Positions 36,732-46,006 of a stretch of 64,000 nucleotides of DNA are shown here, piece after piece. The stretch comes from an uncultured Deinococcaceae bacterium (GTDB taxonomy: Bacteria > Deinococcota > Deinococci > Deinococcales > Deinococcaceae). Below the pieces are notes generated by a model. That model was not told where the DNA came from. It ran no database searches and saw only the letters and a list, made by a program, of their open reading frames with translations. Position numbers and translations under genes: made by a program. Within the stretch, counting starts at the first letter, position 1. Every line of letters starts with the position of its first letter. The stretch covers positions 131,444-195,443 of the forward strand of contig CAXULY010000006.1 of assembly GCA_964252075.1 (NCBI GenBank). Reading direction: 5' to 3'.

Positions 36732-39269
36732 TCAATCCACAGCCACTGTTGTGGGCTCGAAGTGCTGGGCGTCCAGGTTGGGTGGGTCGGGCAGCGGCCC
36801 GAGGGTGGGCAAGTCCGCCTCGCCCGGCTGGGGCACGACCGCCTGAAGGGGCACGCCCGCCGCGCGCAGGCCGGGCTCGAGGGCCGCGAGCAGGCTGCCT
36901 TTCGCGCCGCCCGACGCGCTGAGGATCAGGTGGTCGCGGGCGCGCGTGAGGGCCACGTACAGCACGCGGCGCGCCTCCTCCGCCTCGCGCGCCTGGCGCT
37001 CACGCGCGAGCACCCGGTACGCGACGGGCGGCGCCACGCCGTCCTCGTCGGGCAGCAGGGCGACGCCGCGCTCGGGGCTGAACAGCACGTTCGGCTGGCC
37101 GTTCGGCGGCGTCCAGCCGAGGTCCGCGAGGATCACGACGGGCCACTCGAGGCCCTTGGCGGCGTGCACGGTGAGGAGGGACACGGCGTTCCCGGCCTCC
37201 AGGGCCGGGCGGGGCAATGGGGCGTCCGCCTGCTGCAGGTCCCGCAGCCGCCGCGTGACGCTGAAGGCGTCCTCCTCGCCGCGCTCGAGGCCGCGCACGA
37301 GGTCCAGCGTGGCGCGCCAGTCCGCGAGGCGCCGCGGGGCGTTCCAGAGGTTCGTGAGGACCGCGCTGTACCCCCGCAGGCGGTCCGCGAGTTGCAGCAG
37401 TCGGCTGGCGGGGAGGTCCCGGCGGGCGGCGCGCAGCCGCTCAAGGAAATCGAACGCGGCGCGCACCTTCGGGTCCTCGCTCGCCTGCAGGGCCTCCATC
37501 CACGGCCGGTCCCCGCGCGCGTCGTGCAGCTGGTGGATGCTGGTGTCGCTCACCGCGCACCAGGGGGAGCGCAGGGTGCTGACGATCGCGAGGGGGTCGT
37601 GCAGCGCCACCGCGGCGAGCAGGCGAAGGGCGTCCTGCGCTTCCTGCGTGTCGAGCAGCGAGCCGCTCCCCGCGTCGCGCGCGGGCACGCCGGCCGCCGC
37701 GAGGGCCGCGCCGTACGCGTCGAGGGGCGCCCAGGTGCGCGACAGGATGGCGATGTCGCCGGGCCGCACGGGGCGCGCCGCGTCCCCATCCTGGATGGGG
37801 ACGTCGCCCGCGAGGAGCGCCTGGACGCGCCGGGCGAGGTGCGCGGCCTCCACGCGCCGCGCCTGGGCGGCGCTGAGGGCGGCGTCGCCGGCGTCCACCA
37901 CCCAGGCCTCCAGGGGATTGTGTGGGCTGGCGCCGTGTGAGCGGTGGGCGCGCAGGGGCGCGTGGAGGTCGCCGAGCAGCGCGGCGAACACGGCGTTGCT
38001 GCGCTCCACGAGCGGCGCGTGCGTGCGGAAGCTCACGTCCAGCGCGAGGTCCGCGCCGCCCGCGGCGGTGATGTGCGCGCGCCAGCGGCGGAAGAGCGTG
38101 ACGTCCGCGCGGCGGAAGCTGTAGATGCTCTGCTTCTCGTCGCCGACCAGGGTGAGGCGCGCGTCGCCGCGCAGCTGGTCGAGCAGCTCGGCCTGCACGG
38201 GGTTGGTGTCCTGCACCTCGTCCACCAGGTACGCCTGCCAGCGCCGCGCGTAGTGCGCGCGCACCGCGGGGTCCTGCAGGGCGCGCAGGGCTTGCACCTC
38301 GAGGTCGGCGTAGGTGAGGAGGCCCGCGCGGCGCTTCGCGAGGCGCAGCGCGTCCTGCACCTGCGTGAACGCGGCGCGCAGGTCGGGGAGGTGCGCGGCG
38401 AGCCAGGCGTCACCCGGCCCGAGCTGCAGGTCCAGGCCGTCCGCGAGGGCCTCCTCCGCCAGGGCGCGCAGGGCCTTGATGGCGTCTTTCACGGCGGTGA
38501 GCTGCCCGGACGGCCACGCTTTGGCGCTGCCGCCCATGAGCTTCACGCCCAGCAGGTCCTGCGCGGCGGCGTGCGGGTCGGGCCCGCGCAGGGCGCGGGT
38601 GGCGGCGAGGGCGGCGCGGCGGGCGTCCTCAATGCGGTCCCCATCCGCGCCGGCGCTGGCCTCGAGCGTGTGGACGGCGTCCGGCCAGGCCGGGTTCCCG
38701 AGCAGGCGGGTCAGGGCCGCCGCGCGGCCCGCCTCCGCCCACGCCGCCCAGTCCTGCGGGCCGACCATGAGGGCGCGCTCCGCGGCCAGGGGGTCCGCGA
38801 GCAGCGCGGGGAGCACCTCGGCGAGCCGCGCGAAGCCCACGCGGCGCACCAGGGCTTCGGGCAGCGCGGCGAGGGCGGGGCGGAAGTGCTCCGCGAGCCA
38901 CAGGCGCGACTGCTGCTCGTCCATGACCTGCGCGTCCGGGCGGACGTCCGCGGCGCGCGGGTGGTCGCGCAGGATGCGCGCGCACAGGCCGTGGATGGTG
39001 CTGATCTGCGCCGCCTCGAGCTCCGCGAGGGCGTCGAAGTCGTCGGGGCGCGCGAGCGTCACGGCGCGCCGGATGCGGGCGCGCAGCTCCGCCGCGGCGC
39101 GCTCCGTGAAGGTCACGGCGACGACCTGCAGGGGCGTGAGGGCGTGCGCCTCGAGGTGGTGCAGGTAGCGCGCGACGAGCATGTGCGTCTTGCCGCTGCC
39201 CGCGCCCGCCACGACCGCGACGCTGCCCGGCGCGCTCGCCGCGCGCGATTGCGCCTCGGTGAGGGTCAC
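36732..39269 (-). CDS. AddA/UvrD-like SF1 helicase without C-terminal nuclease
   Basis: AGAGSGKT, TFTERAA, STIHG, VDEVQDT, VGDEKQSIYSFR, SFRT, TVHAAKGLEW, LYVALTRARD; ORF ends shortly after motif VI. Confidence 0.9.
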   Translation of the reverse strand: MTLTEAQSRAASAPGSVAVVAGAGSGKTHMLVARYLHHLEAHALTPLQVVAVTFTERAAAELRARIRRAVTLARPDDFDALAELEAAQISTIHGLCARILRDHPRAADVRPDAQVMDEQQSRLWLAEHFRPALAALPEALVRRVGFARLAEVLPALLADPLAAERALMVGPQDWAAWAEAGRAAALTRLLGNPAWPDAVHTLEASAGADGDRIEDARRAALAATRALRGPDPHAAAQDLLGVKLMGGSAKAWPSGQLTAVKDAIKALRALAEEALADGLDLQLGPGDAWLAAHLPDLRAAFTQVQDALRLAKRRAGLLTYADLEVQALRALQDPAVRAHYARRWQAYLVDEVQDTNPVQAELLDQLRGDARLTLVGDEKQSIYSFRRADVTLFRRWRAHITAAGGADLALDVSFRTHAPLVERSNAVFAALLGDLHAPLRAHRSHGASPHNPLEAWVVDAGDAALSAAQARRVEAAHLARRVQALLAGDVPIQDGDAARPVRPGDIAILSRTWAPLDAYGAALAAAGVPARDAGSGSLLDTQEAQDALRLLAAVALHDPLAIVSTLRSPWCAVSDTSIHQLHDARGDRPWMEALQASEDPKVRAAFDFLERLRAARRDLPASRLLQLADRLRGYSAVLTNLWNAPRRLADWRATLDLVRGLERGEEDAFSVTRRLRDLQQADAPLPRPALEAGNAVSLLTVHAAKGLEWPVVILADLGWTPPNGQPNVLFSPERGVALLPDEDGVAPPVAYRVLARERQAREAEEARRVLYVALTRARDHLILSASGGAKGSLLAALEPGLRAAGVPLQAVVPQPGEADLPTLGPLPDPPNLDAQHFEPTTVAVD

Positions 39270-41824
39270 GCGCGCGCCTTGCGGGCGAGGCGCGGCCCGC
39301 CGCGGCAGGTGGCGGGGAAGGGGCAGCGGGTGCAGGCGCGCGCCGCCACGTCCGGCTGCGGTGGGAACGCGCCGCCCTCGAGCGACGCTCGGGCGCGCGC
39401 CGCGAACGCGTCGAGCGCCGTTTCGCTCACGCTGACGCGCGCGATCACCTCGCCGCCCTGAATGGAGAGGTACTGCGCGCCGCCCGGCGCGCGCTCCGGG
39501 TACAGCGCGGGCAGCGCCGCCTGCAGGTAGATGGGGAGCTGCAGGTCCAGGGTGAGACGGCCCGTGTCGTCCTGCGCGCCCCACGGTTTGCTGCGCCCGC
39601 CCTTGTAATCCACGACGATCACCTTGTCGTTCAGCAGGTCCACGCGGTCCACCTGCCCGCGCACGGCGAAGCCCCGCCAGGTGCCCTCGAAGTCCGCCTC
39701 GCCCGCCAGGATGCGCGCGCGGTCGTGCAGGAAGGCGGGCGCGCGCACAAGGCGCTCGAGGCGCGCGCGGACGTCCGGGCGCTCCGCGCGCCACTCCGGC
39801 GTCTGCGGCCACGCGGTGTCCGCTTCCGCCGCGGTGAGCGCCGCGTCGAGCGCGGCGAGCATGCGGGCGCGGGCGTCCTCCCCTTCCGCGTCGCCCGCGG
39901 CGCGCGCGAGGTGCAACAGGGCCGCGTGCTGCAGGCGCCCGAGGCCGACGGCGTCCTCCTCGTCCGCCTCCACCTCCAGCCCCAGCAGGCTGGAGAGCCA
40001 CCAGCGGAAGGCGCAGGTGCCGAGCGTGCGCAGCTGACTCGCGGAGAAGCGCCGCGACCCGGGCGGCACGGGTACGCCCGTCACGCCGTCGTACGCGTCG
40101 AAGGTGGGACTCCCCTCACGCCGCACCTCGATGGCGTGCGCGGCGCGCGCGTGCGAGAGCGCGGCGTCGCCTGGCGCGCGCGTGCGGAGCTGCACCTGCC
40201 GCGCCTCCTCCACGCTGCCCGCCGGGCGCCGCCCCACGGGCGGCGCGTCCAGCCCGAGGCGCGCGAGGTGCGCACTCGGGAGGCCCTCCCCGCCCGTGGG
40301 GGTGCGGCGCGGGTAGCTCAGGGTGAGGTTCCCCGCCGCCCGCTGGACGCCCCAGAAGGCCAGTTGTTCGCGCCGCGCGAGGCCCGCGACGCCCATGAGG
40401 GGCACGCCCGCGCGGGTGAGGCGGGCGCGCTCCGCGAAATCCAGCACCGGGTCGTCCGTGAGGGGCGCGGGCCACACGCCCTCCGCGACGCCCAGGCCGT
40501 ACACGTGCGGCACCCACGCGCCCGCCAGCGCCTGCGGCGTCAGGAGCTCCACCGCGCCCGGCTCCGCCTCCGGCGCGACGACCACCAGGGACAGCAGCGC
40601 CCGCAGCTCGGACATGAACGCCGCGCGCTCCGTGCGCTCCCCGGCGGGCTCCGCCAGCACGGGCAGGTCCTTCATCAGGGCGCGCCACGCCGCGTCATCC
40701 AGCCCAGCGCGGGCCGGCACCACGCGCGCCTCGAGGAGGCCCAACACGCGCGCCACCCACGCCGACCGGGTGTCCCCGTCCGGCCACGCGAGGGCCGTGA
40801 GGTCCACGCCCTCCGCCGCCCACCCGGGGGCGTCCTGCGGGCGCGCATGGCGCAGGCGCTGCCACGCCGGGCCGTCCACTCCGGCGTCCAACGGGTGCCC
40901 GAGCAGCAAGGCCACCCGCTCGAAGCCCGGGCCGTCCTCGACGACCGCGAGGGCGCGCTCCAGCCAGGAACCCAGGCGCGTGTGCGCGAGGGGCCGCGCG
41001 GTCGTCACGGCGACCGGCACGCCGTACTCCCACGCGACGGCCTCCACCAGCGGCCCGTACAGGTGGTCGTCCGCGACGACCAGCGCGACGTCCTCGGGCG
41101 GCGTGCCTGCGCGGAGGTGCCGCTGCACGTCCGCGAGCGCCACGCGCACCTCCTCCTCCGGGTCCGCGCAGGAGCGCGCGCTCACGGTCGCGGGCGCCGG
41201 GGCGCGCCCGTCGCGTTCCACCGCCCAGCCGCACGCCCCGAACCACGCGGCGGTCCCCTCGTTCTCCGCGAAGGCCGCGTCCGGCCCCCACGGCAGGTGT
41301 AGGGCGCTCCCCTCCCCCGCCAGGGCGTCCAGCAGCCGCGCCTCCTCCGGCGCGAGCCGCAGGTACCCGAACACCGTGACGGGGCCCGCGCGCTCGGCGT
41401 GCTGGGCCGCGACCGTCACGAGTTCCGCGCCGTCCAGCAGGCCCTGGGCGCGCAACCGCGCCTGGTACGCGGCCGCGACGGCAGCCACCTCCCGCACCCG
41501 GGGCGCCTCGTCCGCCTGCAGCGCCCGCACGTCCACGCCCGCGCGCAGCAGCTCGCGCACGGTGGCGCCCAGCTGGCGCGCCAGCGCGGCGGCCTCATCC
41601 ATCCCCAGGGCGTCCCGCACGGCGCCCGTCAGCTCCCGCTGCGCGAGCACCGTGGACGCCACGCCCCACCCCGCGCGCTCCACGATGGACCGCGCGAGGC
41701 CCGCGAAGGAATGCCGGGGCACCCCAAACCGCGCGCCCGCCCGCAGGCTCAGCGCGATGAGTGTCCCGCGCACTGCCGTGGGCGCGTCGCTTGAAAGCAC
41801 CACGGTTCGGGAAGCAGGCCGCAC
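39266..41824 (-). CDS. AddB-like protein with C-terminal RecB-type PD-(D/E)xK nuclease and Fe-S cysteines
   Basis: PEEEVR, LSYP, SASQLRTLGTC, GQVDRVD...VDYKG, QLPIY, CTRCPFPATC; start uncertain. Confidence 0.85.
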   Translation of the reverse strand: MRPASRTVVLSSDAPTAVRGTLIALSLRAGARFGVPRHSFAGLARSIVERAGWGVASTVLAQRELTGAVRDALGMDEAAALARQLGATVRELLRAGVDVRALQADEAPRVREVAAVAAAYQARLRAQGLLDGAELVTVAAQHAERAGPVTVFGYLRLAPEEARLLDALAGEGSALHLPWGPDAAFAENEGTAAWFGACGWAVERDGRAPAPATVSARSCADPEEEVRVALADVQRHLRAGTPPEDVALVVADDHLYGPLVEAVAWEYGVPVAVTTARPLAHTRLGSWLERALAVVEDGPGFERVALLLGHPLDAGVDGPAWQRLRHARPQDAPGWAAEGVDLTALAWPDGDTRSAWVARVLGLLEARVVPARAGLDDAAWRALMKDLPVLAEPAGERTERAAFMSELRALLSLVVVAPEAEPGAVELLTPQALAGAWVPHVYGLGVAEGVWPAPLTDDPVLDFAERARLTRAGVPLMGVAGLARREQLAFWGVQRAAGNLTLSYPRRTPTGGEGLPSAHLARLGLDAPPVGRRPAGSVEEARQVQLRTRAPGDAALSHARAAHAIEVRREGSPTFDAYDGVTGVPVPPGSRRFSASQLRTLGTCAFRWWLSSLLGLEVEADEEDAVGLGRLQHAALLHLARAAGDAEGEDARARMLAALDAALTAAEADTAWPQTPEWRAERPDVRARLERLVRAPAFLHDRARILAGEADFEGTWRGFAVRGQVDRVDLLNDKVIVVDYKGGRSKPWGAQDDTGRLTLDLQLPIYLQAALPALYPERAPGGAQYLSIQGGEVIARVSVSETALDAFAARARASLEGGAFPPQPDVAARACTRCPFPATCRGGPRLARKARA

Positions 41825-41948
41825 GACGCCCCCATCATATGACCCACCCGTTGGGGACGGTGGCCCACATGCCCTCCCGCAGGAGAACGACCCTGGGCAA
41901 TCACACAGAACGTGATGGGTCAGATTGTCACCGAACCTCCGCCGCAGA

Positions 41949-44132
41949 TCACCCGAATGCGGTGAAGCCGTCCCGTTCCAAGTCACCGAGCATGCGCAGC
42001 ACGCGCGCCGCGGTCAATGATGTGGGCCGGTCCTGCAGAAAGGACCGCACCTGTGTGAGGGTCGCTTCGCTTTCCGGTCGCCCACCCAACGTGGCGGCCC
42101 GCCATTCCTCCATCGCCGATTCAGGATCATGTGGGTTCACCGTCCAGCAGGCGACTTTGACCAGCGGCACCCATAGCTTCTCGCGGCCCCCATTGAATTT
42201 CGGCAGGACCTTCATCATGACGGCTGCATCCAGCGCGGACTCGGGCGAGCCCAAGGTGCCATGCTGAAGGGCAAGCGCGACGAAGGTGATGATCTCGTCA
42301 AACACGCGGTACCCGAAGTGCATGTGCTGAGGGGCAAGCAGGTCATTGAGCGCCTGCAGCGCTTGCCTGAGGCCCGGGTGGACCTGAACGGTGCTGGCCA
42401 CCAGCTCCTTCTCAATCCGCGCGAACCGATTCCCTCGCGTAAAGGCACTCAGGAGGCCTTCGTTCGTTCTCCCTCCAACCAGGTCACCCACCGCTTCGGC
42501 TGGGGGGTAGTGGCTGAAATCCACGCTGCTGAACTCCAGCGAGAAGGCGCGGTCCAGCACCTTCGGGCTGAAGGCGTGCGTCGTCTCGTCGAGGTTCACC
42601 GTTCCAATGAAATACAGGTTGGGCGGCAGGGACACGCGCGCCCTCGGCACGTCCCCTTCGAGGTCCGCCGGGTACTCGATGCGCAGGGCCTCAAGCGTCA
42701 AGCCATCCGCGCCTCGGCCAGACTCGAGGATGCTGAGGATTTCAGCGAAGTAGTACTCGACGTGCGCGAGGTTCATCTCGTCAAGGATCACGAACCAAGG
42801 GTTGGCCTGCGCGTCACGGCGCTCGAAATCGTGGAGGGCCTGCAAGACGAAGTGCAGGAAGGCTGGTTGGGTGTACGAGCGGGTGAGGGGGTTGTAGTAC
42901 CCGAGGAGACTGGTGCTGTCCCGCCAGTCGGGCTTCACGGACAGGAACAAGGTGCGCTGTTGGTGCGGGAGTGGCGGCCGCTCTGGCGTCATGAGGATGT
43001 GTGGTGGCCAGTGGCCGGGCTGCTCGGGCGCGAGCGTGTACCGATCACCCTCGTGGAATTGTGCGCGAAAGGCCTCCAGCACATCCCCGGATAAGGTGAT
43101 CTCCATTTGACTGCCCGGGTTGGTCCAATTGGTGCGGCATTCGGCGCTGACATCACCGAAGGTGACGTGAACGAAAGCCGCGGGGCTTTCGGCGGTCAGT
43201 CCAAAGTCCGCCCAGCGCTTCCGCGGGATGGTGATGGAGTGCGCCGCCCCGAGCGCTGTGGCGGTCACGCGGTACAGGTCCTCTGCGGGTGCGGGTTGGG
43301 GAGCGGGAATGGGCTGGAGGATGTCCGCGAAGGCTTGCGCTATTTTGCTTTTTCCAGTGCCGCTGATGCCACTGATGATCACGAACCCCTTGGTTTGCAG
43401 GGCCGTGAAGAACGTCCCCACCTGCTCCTGCGTGTACGCAAGGCCGCGGGCGGCGAACGCGGCCCGCAGGTGCTCGACGAGGCTTAGGTTCTCTTCCCCG
43501 GCGGGTGGGGAAGCGGCGTTTTGGGCTTCGTCCATGCGGGCCTCAACGTACCGTTCGTACGCCTCAATGAGCATCTTCAGGTCGTTGACCAGTTGCGCTT
43601 CAGTGGGTAAGGCATCACGCTCGTACAGCGTGTGGGCGATGACGGAGGCTTCGTAATCGGGACCGAACGTGGTGGACTTGAGGGTGACTGTGGGGTCGAA
43701 GGAAAAGCCGTGCGCTGGAAGGTCACCCAATTGCCTTTGAATGTGAGTTGCGCGCTCGCGCATGATGCGGCGAGCTTCCACACCCTTGTGCGCCTCAATC
43801 AATTCCGTCACGCCTTGGGCGAGGGTGAGGTACACGCCGCTCATGTCCGCACGGAACAAGTACACGACGTACACCTCCTTGCGGGTGCTGGTGGTGAGGC
43901 GGCTGTCCATGATGCTCAGCCAAGGCACTTGCGCCCAGTTGCCTTGACCGAAGGACGCTTTCACCACCAAGGGCTCGTCGACGCCGAGGTCGCGCGCCAG
44001 GGCTTCTTTCAGGCGGTCCACGCGATCCGAGAAGGGCTGGCGGCCATCCCGCCCGAAAGGGGCGCTTGGTGGGTACTGCTTGAGGGTGTATTCGAGGTAG
44101 TCGTGCAAGGGCGTGGGTTCGGATACAGTCAT
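41949..44132 (-). CDS. mcrB: McrB-family AAA+ GTPase (NxD type) with N-terminal DUF3578-like domain and an internal insert
   Basis: SFGQGNWAQVPW...YVVYLF; GISGTGKS; VKPDWRDSTSLLGYYN; LDEMNLAHVEYYF; GTVNLDET; KVLDRA. Confidence 0.92.
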   Translation of the reverse strand: MTVSEPTPLHDYLEYTLKQYPPSAPFGRDGRQPFSDRVDRLKEALARDLGVDEPLVVKASFGQGNWAQVPWLSIMDSRLTTSTRKEVYVVYLFRADMSGVYLTLAQGVTELIEAHKGVEARRIMRERATHIQRQLGDLPAHGFSFDPTVTLKSTTFGPDYEASVIAHTLYERDALPTEAQLVNDLKMLIEAYERYVEARMDEAQNAASPPAGEENLSLVEHLRAAFAARGLAYTQEQVGTFFTALQTKGFVIISGISGTGKSKIAQAFADILQPIPAPQPAPAEDLYRVTATALGAAHSITIPRKRWADFGLTAESPAAFVHVTFGDVSAECRTNWTNPGSQMEITLSGDVLEAFRAQFHEGDRYTLAPEQPGHWPPHILMTPERPPLPHQQRTLFLSVKPDWRDSTSLLGYYNPLTRSYTQPAFLHFVLQALHDFERRDAQANPWFVILDEMNLAHVEYYFAEILSILESGRGADGLTLEALRIEYPADLEGDVPRARVSLPPNLYFIGTVNLDETTHAFSPKVLDRAFSLEFSSVDFSHYPPAEAVGDLVGGRTNEGLLSAFTRGNRFARIEKELVASTVQVHPGLRQALQALNDLLAPQHMHFGYRVFDEIITFVALALQHGTLGSPESALDAAVMMKVLPKFNGGREKLWVPLVKVACWTVNPHDPESAMEEWRAATLGGRPESEATLTQVRSFLQDRPTSLTAARVLRMLGDLERDGFTAFG

Positions 44133-45655
44133 GAAGCTCCAGTGAGGGGGGACATGGAAAAGGCGCCCACGCCGCGAACGTCGTGGTGCAGCAACTCCAT
44201 CAGGGTGGGGGTGGTGACGCCGCCCGAGGTGGAGTAAAAGCGGGTGGTGCTCCCCGGGTAAATGATGACGGCGGCCCGGAGGCTCAGCGCGTCACGGTAC
44301 GCATGCATTTTCGTGAGGTCATCGGCTTTGAAGGTGCTTGAGCCTTCGGCCGCCGCGAGGGCGCTGCTGGAGTCGAAGCGAAACTTCGCGTCCATGGCGA
44401 CCGACGGTCCGCGCCGCGGGTTCCACATGTAGTCCGGACGCAGGGGAAGTGCGTAGGAGGACGGACGGCCGTTGTACACCAGCGTCCCGCACCCCTCAAA
44501 GCTCGCTTCGGTGTGATGGCCGAGGCCCTCGGTGTTGGAGAGGCGCCACTGGAGGACAGGCCGAACGCCGAGCGAGCCCTGCAGGAGCTCCAGCAACCGG
44601 TAAAATCCCCAGACCTCATACAGCTGCGCGACATCACGCACATCCATCGCGGCTTCTGCCCGCTCTGTGAGGGGACTTGAAGCGCGATGGAATTCCTCCC
44701 AAAGGCGGCGGAGGGGCGCGTAGCCCTCACGCCGCATCAAGACGCGGGAGTGCTGGGGAAGGGTGTGCTGCGGGCCGACGCCCTCACGGCCGAGGAACGC
44801 CACGGTTTGCCGAACCTGCGCACCGAGACGTCCCACGCGCTCCTGGCGTTCACGGAATACGCCGCGCCACCACACCTGGCGCTGAAGACGCTCCATGGCT
44901 CCGGCGAGTTGCGTGAGGAACGCGAGCACGAAGCGGTTCTCAGGCGTATCCAGCGTACGGAAGGCTCGTCGCTGCGTGACTTCGCGGGGCGCGTACCCGG
45001 CCAGGTTCCGCGCGACCGACACGTGCGCCGCGCGCTGCCAGCGTTCAGGATGCTGAAGGATATCCATCATTGTTCGCGGTCCGGCTTCGCGCACCGAAGC
45101 GAGGCCCACCAGTTCCTCTTGCTCAGTGAGGGCATGGTGGGGCTGAGACCGAATGATCGCGCAGGCCGCCTGGAGCGCGGAAGCGTGCCGCAACAGAAAG
45201 TGCAGCACGAAGAGCGCGGACGTTGCGGACGGCCCGCGGCCCGCGAGGACCGCGGTGCTCGAATCGACGGTGTACGGGAACGTCAAGCCCAAGTTCGCGA
45301 CGTCTTGTGTGAGGGTGCGCAGCAGTGCGATGTGCTGAGCGGGCGTCGGGTACTTTCTGGACAGCACCTCCACCAGGACTGGTGGGCCATTGGGGCGCCC
45401 CTGCCGGTACGGTTGCAGCGCGGCGCGGCCAAGGCTGTTCTCAAACCTCACCTGGAATACGCTTGAGCCCGAATAGAGGGGGTTCAGGAGTTGCGACCCG
45501 ACTTTGAGCTGGTCGGCGTTTTCGGCCTTGATGACGTAATCCGTCCACTCATACAGCCAGTGAGTGATCGGGCTGAGCGCCCACGCGTCGCTGGCAGAGA
45601 GCACGCCCACCTCGCCACTCAGGATGCTGACGCCGCCGAGCGTTTGGATGGTCAC
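44129..45655 (-). CDS. DUF2357 + PD-(D/E)xK nuclease (McrC-like partner)
   Basis: TLDTPENRFV, LYEVWGF, LRPDY, MDAKFR, DLTKMHAYRDAL; ATGA overlap with mcrB. Confidence 0.88.
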   Translation of the reverse strand: MTIQTLGGVSILSGEVGVLSASDAWALSPITHWLYEWTDYVIKAENADQLKVGSQLLNPLYSGSSVFQVRFENSLGRAALQPYRQGRPNGPPVLVEVLSRKYPTPAQHIALLRTLTQDVANLGLTFPYTVDSSTAVLAGRGPSATSALFVLHFLLRHASALQAACAIIRSQPHHALTEQEELVGLASVREAGPRTMMDILQHPERWQRAAHVSVARNLAGYAPREVTQRRAFRTLDTPENRFVLAFLTQLAGAMERLQRQVWWRGVFRERQERVGRLGAQVRQTVAFLGREGVGPQHTLPQHSRVLMRREGYAPLRRLWEEFHRASSPLTERAEAAMDVRDVAQLYEVWGFYRLLELLQGSLGVRPVLQWRLSNTEGLGHHTEASFEGCGTLVYNGRPSSYALPLRPDYMWNPRRGPSVAMDAKFRFDSSSALAAAEGSSTFKADDLTKMHAYRDALSLRAAVIIYPGSTTRFYSTSGGVTTPTLMELLHHDVRGVGAFSMSPLTGAS

Positions 45656-46006
45656 AGGTGACGCCCGTTGAAAGGCGCGGGGTCAGCGCGGCCGGGTCCT
45701 GAAGGTGATCTGTCCATAAGCAGCACTTGTGCTGGCGCTTAGTGTAGACATTCCCCACCCATCACGATGCCCGATCTAAGGTGTCCAAGGGAACAACGTG
45801 CTTCCCGTCACCGCAGCGGTTTGGTCTGCCCACATCGCACCGCATCCAACAGCACCCGGAGGCGTCACCCGCACATCCTTGAGAGACGTCCCACCACCGT
45901 GCACCACCCACCGCATCGCCTGCGTCCTGTTCTCGCACGTCGTCCCAGCTTTTCGGATGCGTGCGGGAGCCCACCTCGCTGGTCTCGCGGCCCCTACACT
46001 GGCGGG

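Noticed and set aside
39270..40001. N-terminal extension giving a 1089-aa helicase
   Set aside because: Overlaps the AddB-like nuclease domain in another frame; the helicase Q-motif begins at GTG 39269
41949..45655. Calling the McrBC locus a CoCoNuT system
   Set aside because: The insert looks beta-rich rather than coiled-coil, and there is no UPF1-like helicase or HEPN gene
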